Shown: one piece after another, positions 46,049-56,254 of the stretch
How positions within the stretch are numbered: position 1 is the first letter of the stretch
Layout of the letters: the number at the start of each line of letters is the position of its first letter
Assembly: GCA_023266235.1 (NCBI GenBank)
Contig: JAHFRL010000007.1
Span: 15,007-79,006, forward strand
Length of the DNA stretch: 64,000 nt
Source of the DNA: Betaproteobacteria bacterium
GTDB taxonomy: Bacteria; Pseudomonadota; Gammaproteobacteria; Burkholderiales; SG8-41
Direction: 5' to 3'
Position numbers and translations under genes: made by a program
The notes under the pieces: model-generated
Seen by the model: only the letters and a program-made list of their open reading frames with translations
Told to the model about the DNA's origin: nothing
The model's database searches: none

Positions 46049-46873
46049 CTAAACGCCAACGAGCTCGCGCACCAGTGCTGTGAGCGTGCCGTCAGCGCGT
46101 GCCAGTTCCTCGAGGATGGTGAAGTGATTGTGTCCGGCGAGCCGCACCAGCCGGCCGGGCAGACCGGCGTTCATGCGCGCCGCTGCAAATGTTTCGGATT
46201 GGCGCTGCAGCTCGGGCAACTCGTCATCGCCGCAAGCGACGATGAGTGGCGGCGAGCTTCGCGGCAGGTGCAGCAGCGGGCTCAAGCGGCGCGCCTCGTC
46301 TGCGTCAAGCTTGAGCGTGTCGTTGACATAGCACAGGCGGATGGGTTCCAGGTCGTAAATACCGCTGATCGCAAGCCCGCCCTTTACCGCGGGCTCATTA
46401 AGTGTCATCACCGTCAGATGGCCGCCTGCCGACCAGCCGGATACGTATATCCGTGCCGGGTCGCCGCCGAACTTCGCAACCTGTTCGGCGAGCCACGCGA
46501 CCGCCGCCCGCACCTCGGTGACGATGCCGCCGAGCGTTGCTTCAGGCGCGAGAGTGTAGCCGATGCACGCCACATGGATGCCGTGTGCGAGCGGTCCGGC
46601 GGCGAGAAAGCTGAAAGTCTCTTTCGCGCGCATCTGCCAATAGCCGCCGTGAATGAATACGAGCACCGGCCCGCGCGCGTCCGCCGCGAAATAGTCGATG
46701 CGGTTGCGCTCGGCCGGGCCGTAGCGCAAGTCGAGGTGGCGGCCCCGCGCCGCGCGCAGGCCGTCGCTGCGCGCCTGGAAATCGGCGAGCAGCTTGGTGC
46801 TGTCTTTCACTGCGGCCGAGTTGTTGTAAGCGGCATCGAGGGCCGCCCGGTCCATTCCGCAGTATACACTCAT
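46049..46873 (-). CDS. alpha/beta hydrolase, arylformamidase/esterase-like
   Basis: VLVFIHGGYWQ (HGG oxyanion motif) and YVSGWSAGGHL (GxSxG). GAGGAG lies upstream of ATG 46873. Confidence 0.7.
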   Translation of the reverse strand: MSVYCGMDRAALDAAYNNSAAVKDSTKLLADFQARSDGLRAARGRHLDLRYGPAERNRIDYFAADARGPVLVFIHGGYWQMRAKETFSFLAAGPLAHGIHVACIGYTLAPEATLGGIVTEVRAAVAWLAEQVAKFGGDPARIYVSGWSAGGHLTVMTLNEPAVKGGLAISGIYDLEPIRLCYVNDTLKLDADEARRLSPLLHLPRSSPPLIVACGDDELPELQRQSETFAAARMNAGLPGRLVRLAGHNHFTILEELARADGTLTALVRELVGV

Positions 46874-47085
46874 TGCGTCTCCTCTCGCTTGCGCTGCCGA
46901 TGATATCGTGAAAGGCAGCGAGGATCGCGCCCGTTGCGGCGATCAACCGCGATAAACCGGCTCGGGCTGGGTGAAGAATGAATACAGAATGTGGTACGCA
47001 ATTTTGTAGTTGAGCTGCTTGGTGCTGTTGTGCGCGATCCCGGGCATCACCGCGAACCGCTTGGCGTCCTTGGCAGTTCAAGGTC

Positions 47086-49908
47086 TTAAGCGGTTTCGAG
47101 CGCCCTTAGAGCCTGGCCGCCGCCGTAGCTCGAGCGCGGCGTGAGCTCGCCGCCGCGCATGAGCTTCACCGCGCAGTACTTGAACTCGGGGATCTTGCCG
47201 AACGGGTCGAGCGCCGGGTTGGTCAACAGGTTGGCCGCCGCCTCGTAATAGCAGAACGGAATGAACACTGCGCCGCGCGGCGTGCCGTCATCCGCCCGCG
47301 CATAAAGCGAAATGATGCCGCGCCGCGATTCGACCGTGATCACGTCGCCGGGCCTGGCGCCGATCGCGTCAAGGTCGAGCGGGTGCAGCGATGCGATCGG
47401 CTCGGGCTCGAGCGCGTCGAGTACCGAAGCGCGGCGCGTGATCGCGCCGGTGTGCCAGTGCTCGAGCTGGCGCCCGGTAATCAGCACGAACGGAAACTCC
47501 TTGTCCGGGCGCTCGGCGGCATGAATGATGTCGGCCGGCACCAGCTTGGCACGCCCGGTCGGCGTCGGGAACTTGTCGATGAACACCACCGGTTCGCCGG
47601 GATCGCCTTCGTTCTCGCACGGGTACGTGACGCAGCTTTCCTGCTCGAGTCGCTCCCAGGTGATGCCGGCAATGCTGTGCATCGCCTTGCGCATTTCATT
47701 GAACACGTCGCGCGGCCCGTCGTAATTCCAGTCAAGACCGATGCGGCGCGCGATTTCCTGGATGATCCACAGGTCAGGCTTCGCTTCGCCGGGCGGGGTC
47801 AAGGCCTGGCGCCCGAGTTGCACCATGCGGTCGGTATTGGTCACGGTACCGGTCTTTTCCGGCCACGCGGTCGCCGGCAGGATCACATCGGCGTGGTAGC
47901 AGGTCTCGGTGAGGAAAATCTCCTGTACCACCAGCATATCAAGCTTGGCGAGCGCCTCGCGCGCGTGGTGCGCGTCGGGATCCGACATCGCCGGATTCTC
48001 GCCCATGATGTACATGCCGCGGATCTTGCCCTCGTGCACCGCGTCCATGATTTCGACCACGGTCAGGCCCGGTTTCGGATCGAGCGTGGCGCCCCAGAGT
48101 TTCTCGAAGCGCGCGCGCGCCTCGGCGTTGTCCACGCGCTGGTAATCGGGGAACACCATTGGGATCAGCCCCGAGTCGGAAGCGCCCTGCACGTTGTTCT
48201 GGCCGCGCAGCGGATGCAGGCCGGTGCCGGGACGGCCGATCTGACCGGTCATCATGCACAGCGCAATCAGGCAGCGCGCGTTGTCGGTGCCGTGGATGTG
48301 CTGCGAAATGCCCATGCCCCAAAAGATGATCGAGCCTTTCGATGTGGCATACAGGCGCGCGACTTCCCTGATGGTTTCAGCCGGGATCCCGCACACCGGC
48401 GCCATCGCTTCGGGACTGTAGCCTCCGACGTTGCGCTTCAGCTCGTCGTAGCCGATGGTGCGGCTGCGGATGAATTCCTCGTTAACGAGGCCCTCGTGCA
48501 CGATCGTGTGCATCATCGCGTTCAGCAGCGCGACGTCGGTGTCGGGTTTGAACTGCAGGAAATGCGTCGCGTGACGCGCGAGATCGGAACCACGCGGATC
48601 GGCGACGATCAGCTTGGTGCCGTTCCTGACGGCGTTCTTGATCCAGGTTGCCGCCACCGGATGGTTGGAAGCCGGATTGGCGCCGATCAGCAGCACCACC
48701 TCCGCGTTCATCACGTCGTTGACCTGGTTGGATACCGCGCCCGAGTTCACGCCCTCCATCAGCGCCGCCACGCTCGATGCGTGGCACAGCCGCGTGCAGT
48801 GGTCGACGTTGTTGCTGCCGAAGCCGGTGCGCACCAGCTTCTGAAACAGGTAGGCCTCTTCATTGCTGCCCTTGGCCGAGCCGAAGCCGCACAACGCAAG
48901 TCTCCCTGCTTTTTCGCCATCCCTGTCGCGTATCTCTTTGAGCTTGCCCGCGGCAAGATCGAGCGCTTCTTCCCACGTCGCCTCGCGGAAGTATTCGAGC
49001 GGATTCGCGGGATCCATCGCAAACTCCGCCGCTTTCGGCACGCCTGCCTTGCGCACCAGCGGCCGGGTCAGGCGCTGCCCGTGATTCACGTAGTCGAAAC
49101 CGTAGCGGCCTTTGACGCACAGCCGGTTGTGGTTCGACGGGCCGTCGCGGCCGTCGACGTAGAGGATCTTGTTGTTCTTGATGTTGTAGGTGAGCTGGCA
49201 GCCCACGCCGCAATACGGGCACACCGAGTGCACCTGCTTGTCGGGCTTCACCATGCCGACGTTGCGCGCCGGCATCAACGCGCCGGTCGGGCACGCCTGC
49301 ACGCATTCGCCGCATGCGACACACGTCGAATCGCCCATCGGGTCGTCGAGGTCGAACACGATCTTCGCGTGCTCGCCGCGGAACGCATAGCCGATCACGT
49401 CGTTGACCTGCTCCTCGCGGCAGGCGCGCACGCAGCGCGTGCACTGGATGCACGAATCGAGATTGACCGCGATGCCGTAATGCGACAGATCGGCTTTGAC
49501 CTGATGGCGCGGCGCGAAACGAGGCTTGCCGACTTTCAATTTCCGCGCCCACTGATCGAGCTCGGAGTTGAGCGTGTGGCGCTCCTTCGGCATGTCGGAG
49601 AGCAGCAGCTCGAGCACCATTTTCTGCGATGCGACCGCGCGTGCGTTGTCGGTCGTCACTTCCATGCCGGGCGTGGGCTTGCGGCAGCACGACGGCGCGA
49701 GCACGCGCTCGCCCTTGATCTCGACCATGCACGCGCGGCAGTTGCCGTCGGGACGCAGGCCGTCCTTGTAGCACAGGTGCGGGATCGCGATGCCGAGGCG
49801 CCCGGCGGTCTGGATGATGGTCTCATTGGAAAAGCCGCGGACGGTTTTTCCATTGAGCTTGAATTCGATTGCTTCTGCCTGCACTTCGAGCTTGCTCATC
49901 ATATTCAT
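47086..49908 (-). CDS. fdsA: NAD-dependent formate dehydrogenase alpha subunit (Mo/W-bis-MGD, Cys type)
   Basis: The N-terminal 2Fe-2S region has CYKDGLRPDGNCRACMVEI. The Fe-S clusters are marked by CIQCTRCVRAC, CVACGECVQACPTGAL and CPYCGVGCQ, followed by the molybdopterin oxidoreductase body. The ORF is uninterrupted, so there is no Sec TGA. Confidence 0.9.
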   Translation of the reverse strand: MNMMSKLEVQAEAIEFKLNGKTVRGFSNETIIQTAGRLGIAIPHLCYKDGLRPDGNCRACMVEIKGERVLAPSCCRKPTPGMEVTTDNARAVASQKMVLELLLSDMPKERHTLNSELDQWARKLKVGKPRFAPRHQVKADLSHYGIAVNLDSCIQCTRCVRACREEQVNDVIGYAFRGEHAKIVFDLDDPMGDSTCVACGECVQACPTGALMPARNVGMVKPDKQVHSVCPYCGVGCQLTYNIKNNKILYVDGRDGPSNHNRLCVKGRYGFDYVNHGQRLTRPLVRKAGVPKAAEFAMDPANPLEYFREATWEEALDLAAGKLKEIRDRDGEKAGRLALCGFGSAKGSNEEAYLFQKLVRTGFGSNNVDHCTRLCHASSVAALMEGVNSGAVSNQVNDVMNAEVVLLIGANPASNHPVAATWIKNAVRNGTKLIVADPRGSDLARHATHFLQFKPDTDVALLNAMMHTIVHEGLVNEEFIRSRTIGYDELKRNVGGYSPEAMAPVCGIPAETIREVARLYATSKGSIIFWGMGISQHIHGTDNARCLIALCMMTGQIGRPGTGLHPLRGQNNVQGASDSGLIPMVFPDYQRVDNAEARARFEKLWGATLDPKPGLTVVEIMDAVHEGKIRGMYIMGENPAMSDPDAHHAREALAKLDMLVVQEIFLTETCYHADVILPATAWPEKTGTVTNTDRMVQLGRQALTPPGEAKPDLWIIQEIARRIGLDWNYDGPRDVFNEMRKAMHSIAGITWERLEQESCVTYPCENEGDPGEPVVFIDKFPTPTGRAKLVPADIIHAAERPDKEFPFVLITGRQLEHWHTGAITRRASVLDALEPEPIASLHPLDLDAIGARPGDVITVESRRGIISLYARADDGTPRGAVFIPFCYYEAAANLLTNPALDPFGKIPEFKYCAVKLMRGGELTPRSSYGGGQALRALETA

Positions 49909-50012
49909 GACTTGACCCCTAAAGCTTCACCGCAAAGGACGCAAAGTGCGCGAAGGTTCGCAAAGGAATCCCATTTCAAGAATTTCTTGGGCGTCTTGGC
50001 GGCTCAAGCTTT

Positions 50013-51686
<1,674 letters not shown>

Positions 51687-51788
51687 GCTCCTCTGGGCTT
51701 CGATTGCGGGTGTTGCGAAACAACGTGCGTGATCGAAACCAATTGCGCCTATCGTACGGGCGCAAATCAAATTGCCCGGTGCTGCCGG

Positions 51789-51866
51789 CTACTTCAACAC
51801 GGATTTGAGCAGCTTGCCCATCTCCGCCGGATTGCGCGTCACCTTGATGCCGCATTCCTCCATCAC
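51789..51866. repeat. 78-bp perfect direct repeat, copy A (duplicate of the sucD 3' end)
   Basis: I checked base by base that it is identical to 51944..52021 (offset 155 bp): ctacttcaacacggatttgagcagcttgcccatctccgccggattgcgcgtcaccttgatgccgcattcctccatcac. Confidence 0.95.
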
Positions 51867-51920
51867 CCGGCGGCTTTTGGTTCCGGCCGCGCTGATGCGC
51901 TTAACGTTTGCCTTGCTCAC
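51789..51920 (-). CDS. 43-codon chimeric ORF: 18 unique codons fused to the duplicated last 25 codons of sucD
   Basis: GTG 51920 is preceded by GGAGG with a 5-nt spacer. It translates to (M)[42 protein letters not shown]. Whether it is expressed is unknown. Confidence 0.35.
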   Translation of the reverse strand: MSKANVKRISAAGTKSRRVMEECGIKVTRNPAEMGKLLKSVLK

Positions 51921-51943
51921 GTTAGCCTCCACCGAAAACCCGC

Positions 51944-52021
51944 CTACTTCAACACGGATTTGAGCAGCTTGCCCATCTCCGCCGGATTGCGCGTCACCTT
52001 GATGCCGCATTCCTCCATCAC
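51944..52021. repeat. 78-bp perfect direct repeat, copy B (authentic sucD 3' end)
   Basis: See copy A. It covers the sucD stop codon and the last 25 codons. Confidence 0.95.
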
Positions 52022-52822
52022 GGCGAGTTTTTCCGCGGCCGTTCCCTTGCCGCCCGAGATGATCGCGCCGGCATGCCCCATGCGTTTCCCCGGCGGCGCG
52101 GTGACCCCAGCAATGAAGCCGACGACCGGTTTCGTCATATTGGTCTTGATCCAGCGCGCGCACTCTTCCTCGTCCGCGCCGCCGATTTCGCCGACCATGA
52201 TCACCGCTTCGGTCTGGGGGTCGTCGTTGAACATCTGCATGATGTCGAGGTGCTTCAAACCGTTGACCGGGTCGCCGCCGATGCCGACGCAGGTCGACTG
52301 GCCGAGCCCCTGCTCCATCAACTGCCCGACCGCCTCATAAGTGAGCGTGCCGGAACGCGACACCACGCCGACCGGGCCCCGCTTGTGGATATGCCCCGGC
52401 ATGATGCCGATCTTGATTTCGTCGGGCGTAATCACGCCCGGGCAGTTCGGCCCGATCAGCCGGGTGCGCCTGCCCTGCATTTTGTACTTGGTGCGGATCA
52501 TGTCGCGCACCGGGATGCCTTCAGTGATGCAGATCACGAGATCGAGGTCGGCATCGACCGCCTCGTCGATCGCGGCCGCGGCGAACGGCGGCGGCACGTA
52601 AATTACCGACACGTTGGCGCCGGTTTTTCCCTTCGCTTCCCTCACCGTCGCGAAAATCGGGATGCCTTCGTACGCTTCGCCCGGCTTTTTCGGGTTGACG
52701 CCGGCAACGTAGCAATTCCTGCCGTTCGCGTATTCCTTGCCCATCTTGGTGTGGAACTGGCCGGTCTTGCCGGTGATGCCTTGCGTCATCACCCTGGTGT
52801 TCTTGTTGATCAGTATCGACAT
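51944..52822 (-). CDS. sucD: succinyl-CoA synthetase alpha subunit
   Basis: [35 protein letters not shown] and [14 protein letters not shown] (the phosphohistidine loop) are colinear with E. coli SucD. ATG 52822 lies 2 nt after the sucC stop. Confidence 0.9.
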   Translation of the reverse strand: MSILINKNTRVMTQGITGKTGQFHTKMGKEYANGRNCYVAGVNPKKPGEAYEGIPIFATVREAKGKTGANVSVIYVPPPFAAAAIDEAVDADLDLVICITEGIPVRDMIRTKYKMQGRRTRLIGPNCPGVITPDEIKIGIMPGHIHKRGPVGVVSRSGTLTYEAVGQLMEQGLGQSTCVGIGGDPVNGLKHLDIMQMFNDDPQTEAVIMVGEIGGADEEECARWIKTNMTKPVVGFIAGVTAPPGKRMGHAGAIISGGKGTAAEKLAVMEECGIKVTRNPAEMGKLLKSVLK

Positions 52823-52824
52823 CG

Positions 52825-53997
52825 TTACACGCCAGCTCCCTGCACCGCTTTCACCACCTTGGCGGCGGCGTCGGCCATGTTGCTGCCGGAAATGATCGGC
52901 AGTCCCGACTCCGCGAGGATTTTCTTGCCGAGCTCGACGTTGGTGCCTTCGAGCCGCACCACCAGCGGCACGTTGAGATGCACCTCTTTCGCCGCAGCGA
53001 CGACACCTTCGGCGATCACGTCGCATTTCATGATGCCGCCGAAGATGTTGACGAGGATGGCCTTGACCTCCGGGTTCCTCAACATGATCTTGAACGCCTC
53101 GGTCACTTTTTCGGCCGAAGCGCCACCGCCGACGTCGAGGAAATTCGCGGGGCTGCCGCCGTAGAGCTTGGTGATGTCCATCGTCGCCATCGCGAGACCC
53201 GCGCCGTTGACGAGGCAGCCGATGTTGCCGTCGAGCGAAATGTACGAAAGATCGAATTTCGACGCTTCGATTTCGGCCGGGTCTTCCTCGTCGAGATCGC
53301 GCATGGCGACGATATCGGGATGGCGAAACAGCGCGTTATCGTCGAAATTCATCTTGGCGTCGAGCGCGATCACCTCGCCGCTGTTGGTCAGTATCAGCGG
53401 GTTGATCTCGGCGAGCGATGCATCGGTCGCGTCGAACGCCTTGTACAACCCCTGCAGCGCGGGGCGCGCTTTTGCGAGAGAGGCTGCGGGGATGCCGATC
53501 TTGCGCGCGACATCATCGGCTTCGGCGTCCTTCAAACCGGTGATCGGGTCGATGAACACCTTGTGGATTTTCTCCGGGGTCCTGGCGGCGACTTCCTCGA
53601 TGTCCATGCCGCCCTCCGAGCTCGCCATCAGGCACACGCGCTGCGTGCCGCGGTCGACCACCATGCCGAGGTAGAGCTCTTGCTTGATGTCGGCGCCCTC
53701 CTCGATCAGCAGTCGCCGCACTTTCTGCCCCTGCGGGCCGGTCTGATGCGTCTTCAGCAGCATGCCGAGAATCCGGCTCGCGTGCTGCTTCACTTCGTCG
53801 AGCGATTTCGCGAGCTTGACGCCGCCGCCTTTGCCGCGGCCGCCGGCGTGGATCTGGGCTTTGACCACCCATACCTTGCCGCCGAGCCTGGTCGCGGCCC
53901 CGACCGCCTCGTCGACGCTGAAGCACGGGATGCCGCGCGGTGTCGCCACGCCGTAATTGCGCAGTATTTCTTTCGCCTGGTATTCGTGAATCTTCAT
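52825..53997 (-). CDS. sucC: succinyl-CoA synthetase beta subunit (ADP-forming)
   Basis: [35 protein letters not shown] and [11 protein letters not shown] are colinear with betaproteobacterial SucC. A malate-thiokinase role cannot be excluded from the sequence alone. Confidence 0.85.
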   Translation of the reverse strand: MKIHEYQAKEILRNYGVATPRGIPCFSVDEAVGAATRLGGKVWVVKAQIHAGGRGKGGGVKLAKSLDEVKQHASRILGMLLKTHQTGPQGQKVRRLLIEEGADIKQELYLGMVVDRGTQRVCLMASSEGGMDIEEVAARTPEKIHKVFIDPITGLKDAEADDVARKIGIPAASLAKARPALQGLYKAFDATDASLAEINPLILTNSGEVIALDAKMNFDDNALFRHPDIVAMRDLDEEDPAEIEASKFDLSYISLDGNIGCLVNGAGLAMATMDITKLYGGSPANFLDVGGGASAEKVTEAFKIMLRNPEVKAILVNIFGGIMKCDVIAEGVVAAAKEVHLNVPLVVRLEGTNVELGKKILAESGLPIISGSNMADAAAKVVKAVQGAGV

Positions 53998-54058
53998 CAA
54001 CAGCCTTCTCGGTTGCACGCGATCAGCCGCCACACGCCGACCCGCGTGGATGGTCGCT

Positions 54059-54100
54059 AACTTAACGGGGCATGCGCGATATCGCCTTGACCGCAGTCAA
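54059..54100 (-). promoter_or_regulatory. FNR/FixK-type box plus -10 element, candidate class II promoter of sucCD
   Basis: The minus strand reads TTGACtgcgGTCAA (54100-54087), 22 nt, then TAAGTT (54064-54059). The box sequence is identical to the fhs box. Confidence 0.55.
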
Positions 54101-54354
54101 CAATAGCGCAGGATGAGAGGTGTGAGGCACGTAGCTGAGAACGAACGCGAAATGCGCCGCCGCGTGCTCGCGACGCTGTGCGCGGCACGCGCAGGCCCGA
54201 CACCCCAACCACCCTAAAGCCGTAACCAGGCCTTGTCACCGGGTCAGCGGTGCGGTCAAAACGCGGATTTTGCGCTGCAACAACAAGATCCCATCAATTG
54301 CCTAGATTGAGTAAAAACCCGGGAACCGGTTGCAATGCTGCGTGAATTACGGGC

Positions 54355-54384
54355 AAAAAAAAGCGCAACCCCGAGGGGTTGCGC
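54355..54384 (-). terminator. strong Rho-independent terminator (minus strand)
   Basis: A 10-bp stem GCGCAACCCC / GGGGTTGCGC with a 2-nt loop, followed on the minus strand by T8. It lies about 240 nt downstream of the usp stop at 54624. Confidence 0.75.
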
Positions 54385-54416
54385 TAAGTGTCCACCAAAG
54401 GAGGAGGTTTTGGAGG

Positions 54417-54548
54417 ATGTGCGCCGACACCTGTAAAGATGCCCAACGCGACCTCATTATCGCCAAATCCGAAACCAATTGCAAGCGATTTCTGCTGCTA
54501 TGCAATATATTTCTCTGCCTAACTGGCAGCATAGAAATATACGTATAA
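54417..54548 (+). other. 43-codon Cys-rich/hydrophobic ORF with a strong SD in an AT-rich islet (coding status doubtful)
   Basis: AAGGAGGAGG lies 9 nt before ATG 54417. It translates to MCADTCKDAQRDLIIAKSETNCKRFLLLCNIFLCLTGSIEIYV*. Codon usage (ATA, CTA, GTA, AAT) is atypical for this genome. Confidence 0.2.
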
Positions 54549-54623
54549 AAATCAATATCTTAATAAAATATTCACGCGGGTGCCAGACATCCGCCACCCG
54601 GACAATCCGTGGGCGGGCGAGTG

Positions 54624-55064
54624 CTAGCGCACTACCATGACCGGAATTTTCGAGTAGGTCAGGACCTTGCGCGTTTCGCTGCCGAGCAGCACTGCCGCCA
54701 GCCCCTTGCGCCCATGCGAGTGCAGCAGGATCAGGTCGCAGCCCTTGGCAGCGGCGGTCTTGATTATCGCGTCATACGGATGATCACTGGTTTCACATAC
54801 GGTGTCGCACGGCACGCCGGCCTCGGCGCAGGTTTTCTTGATGAAATCGAGATAGCTGTCGGCGCGCACGCGCGCCTCCTTCTCGATGCGCTCTTCGGTG
54901 ACCGGGTCGAACGCGCCTTCGTACGCGATCATCAGATGGTAATCAGGAATCGAGTGCACGCCGGTGACGCGCGCACCGTGAAACTTGGCGAGCTCGGCAC
55001 CGATGCGTATGGCTTTCTGCGACAGCTCGGAGCCATCGGTCGGGATCAGGATATGCTTGAACAT
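54624..55064 (-). CDS. universal stress protein (UspA family)
   Basis: MFKHILIPTDGSELSQKAI and LILLHSHGRKGLAAVLLGSETRKVL. AGGAGG lies upstream of ATG 55064. Confidence 0.85.
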   Translation of the reverse strand: MFKHILIPTDGSELSQKAIRIGAELAKFHGARVTGVHSIPDYHLMIAYEGAFDPVTEERIEKEARVRADSYLDFIKKTCAEAGVPCDTVCETSDHPYDAIIKTAAAKGCDLILLHSHGRKGLAAVLLGSETRKVLTYSKIPVMVVR

Positions 55065-55191
55065 ACGACCCTCCTGCGCGGGAGCCTCGGTAGCGCCCTT
55101 ATAGCAAACCGCCGCGCCGATATCAAATCAATCGCGCGAGGCCGCCAAGAAGCCTGATTATCAACAAGTTGCACGCTATTCGGAAACCGGA

Positions 55192-56166
55192 TTAATCGGG
55201 CGTAATGCCGGCTTCCGCCACCACCTTGATCCATTTCGCGATCTCGGTGCGGTTGAACTGATCGTGCTCTTCCGGCGTGCTGGCCACGACCTCCGCGCCC
55301 TGCGCCGCGAGGTTCTCCTTCACTTTCGGGTCGTTAAGGGCCTTCACCAGCGCGGAGTGGATGCGGTCGATGATCGGTCGCGGCGTGCCGGCGGGCGCGA
55401 ACATGCCGAAGCCGCTCGAAACCACGAAGCCGGGAAGACCTGCTTCCGCCATCGTCGGGATGTCGGGGGCCGCGCCTGAACGCTGCTTGCCGGTCTGGGC
55501 GATCATGCGCAGCTTGCCCGTGCGCACGTGCTGGATCGCCGCCGGCATGCTCGGGAACTGCATCTGCACGTGTCCGCCGACGAGGTCGACCATCGCCTGT
55601 CCCGTGCCCTTGTAGGCCACGTGGACGAGCTTGATTTTGGCCATGGAGCTGAGCAATTCGGCCGCCAGATGCCCCACGGTGCCACGGCCAGCGGTCGAAT
55701 AATTGATCTCGCCAGGCCGGGCCCGCGCGATGGCGATGAACTCCTTGACGTTCTTCGCTGGCAGCGACGGATGCACGACAAACGCGGTCGGGACGTCGGC
55801 GATGATCGAGACCGGCGCGAAGTCCTTGACGGAGTCGTACGGAATCTTCTTGATCATCGCCGGGTTGATGGTGTGTCCGGCGGACACCATCAGGATGGTG
55901 TAGCCGTCAGGTGCCGCCTTGGCGACCACTTCGCTGCCGATCGTACCGCCGGCGCCGCCGCGGTTCTCGACCACGATCTGCTGGCCGATCAGCTCCGCCA
56001 TCTTCGGCGCAAAGACACGCCCGATGATGTCGGTGTTGCCACCGGGCACGAACGGCACGATCATCCGGATCGGCTTGGCCGGGTAGCTTTGTGCCCCGAC
56101 GGCACAGGCAAAGCATGCGCCGGCCAATATGGGAAAAACGGAACGCAAGCTGCTGATGGCTGCCAC
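55192..56166 (-). CDS. Bug-family (TctC-like) tripartite tricarboxylate transporter substrate-binding protein, orphan
   Basis: Signal peptide, then YPAKPIRMIVPFVPGGNTDI. GTG 56166 has GGAGG upstream. Confidence 0.85.
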   Translation of the reverse strand: MAAISSLRSVFPILAGACFACAVGAQSYPAKPIRMIVPFVPGGNTDIIGRVFAPKMAELIGQQIVVENRGGAGGTIGSEVVAKAAPDGYTILMVSAGHTINPAMIKKIPYDSVKDFAPVSIIADVPTAFVVHPSLPAKNVKEFIAIARARPGEINYSTAGRGTVGHLAAELLSSMAKIKLVHVAYKGTGQAMVDLVGGHVQMQFPSMPAAIQHVRTGKLRMIAQTGKQRSGAAPDIPTMAEAGLPGFVVSSGFGMFAPAGTPRPIIDRIHSALVKALNDPKVKENLAAQGAEVVASTPEEHDQFNRTEIAKWIKVVAEAGITPD

Positions 56167-56254
56167 GTTGCCTCCAATGGTTTACCGCACCGGCCGCGTC
56201 GCCGGCAACATCGATCGTCATTGTTCCAGGCGGCAAATTATATACCGCAGCTGA

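Noticed and set aside
46943-47047. 34-codon minus-strand ORF (MPGIAHNSTKQLNYKIAYHILYSFFTQPEPVYRG) downstream of fdsA, considered as an FdsD candidate or gene remnant
   Set aside because: It has no SD, AT-rich atypical codons, and no resemblance to FdsD as I remember it. The evidence is not enough to call it a gene or a pseudogene.
51944-53997. Re-annotating sucCD as malate thiokinase (mtkAB) because of the C1/oxalate context
   Set aside because: Both proteins align end to end with canonical SucC/SucD, including a betaproteobacterial-type SucC N-terminus. Context alone does not justify renaming. I kept this as a caveat in the finding on the sucC promoter box.
55119-55134. Possible FNR half-site (GATATCAAATCAATCG) upstream of usp 54624..55064
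   Set aside because: Only one ATCAA-type half-site fits. The partner half is 2 of 5 at best, and no -10 lies at the 22-nt spacing seen at the other four sites.
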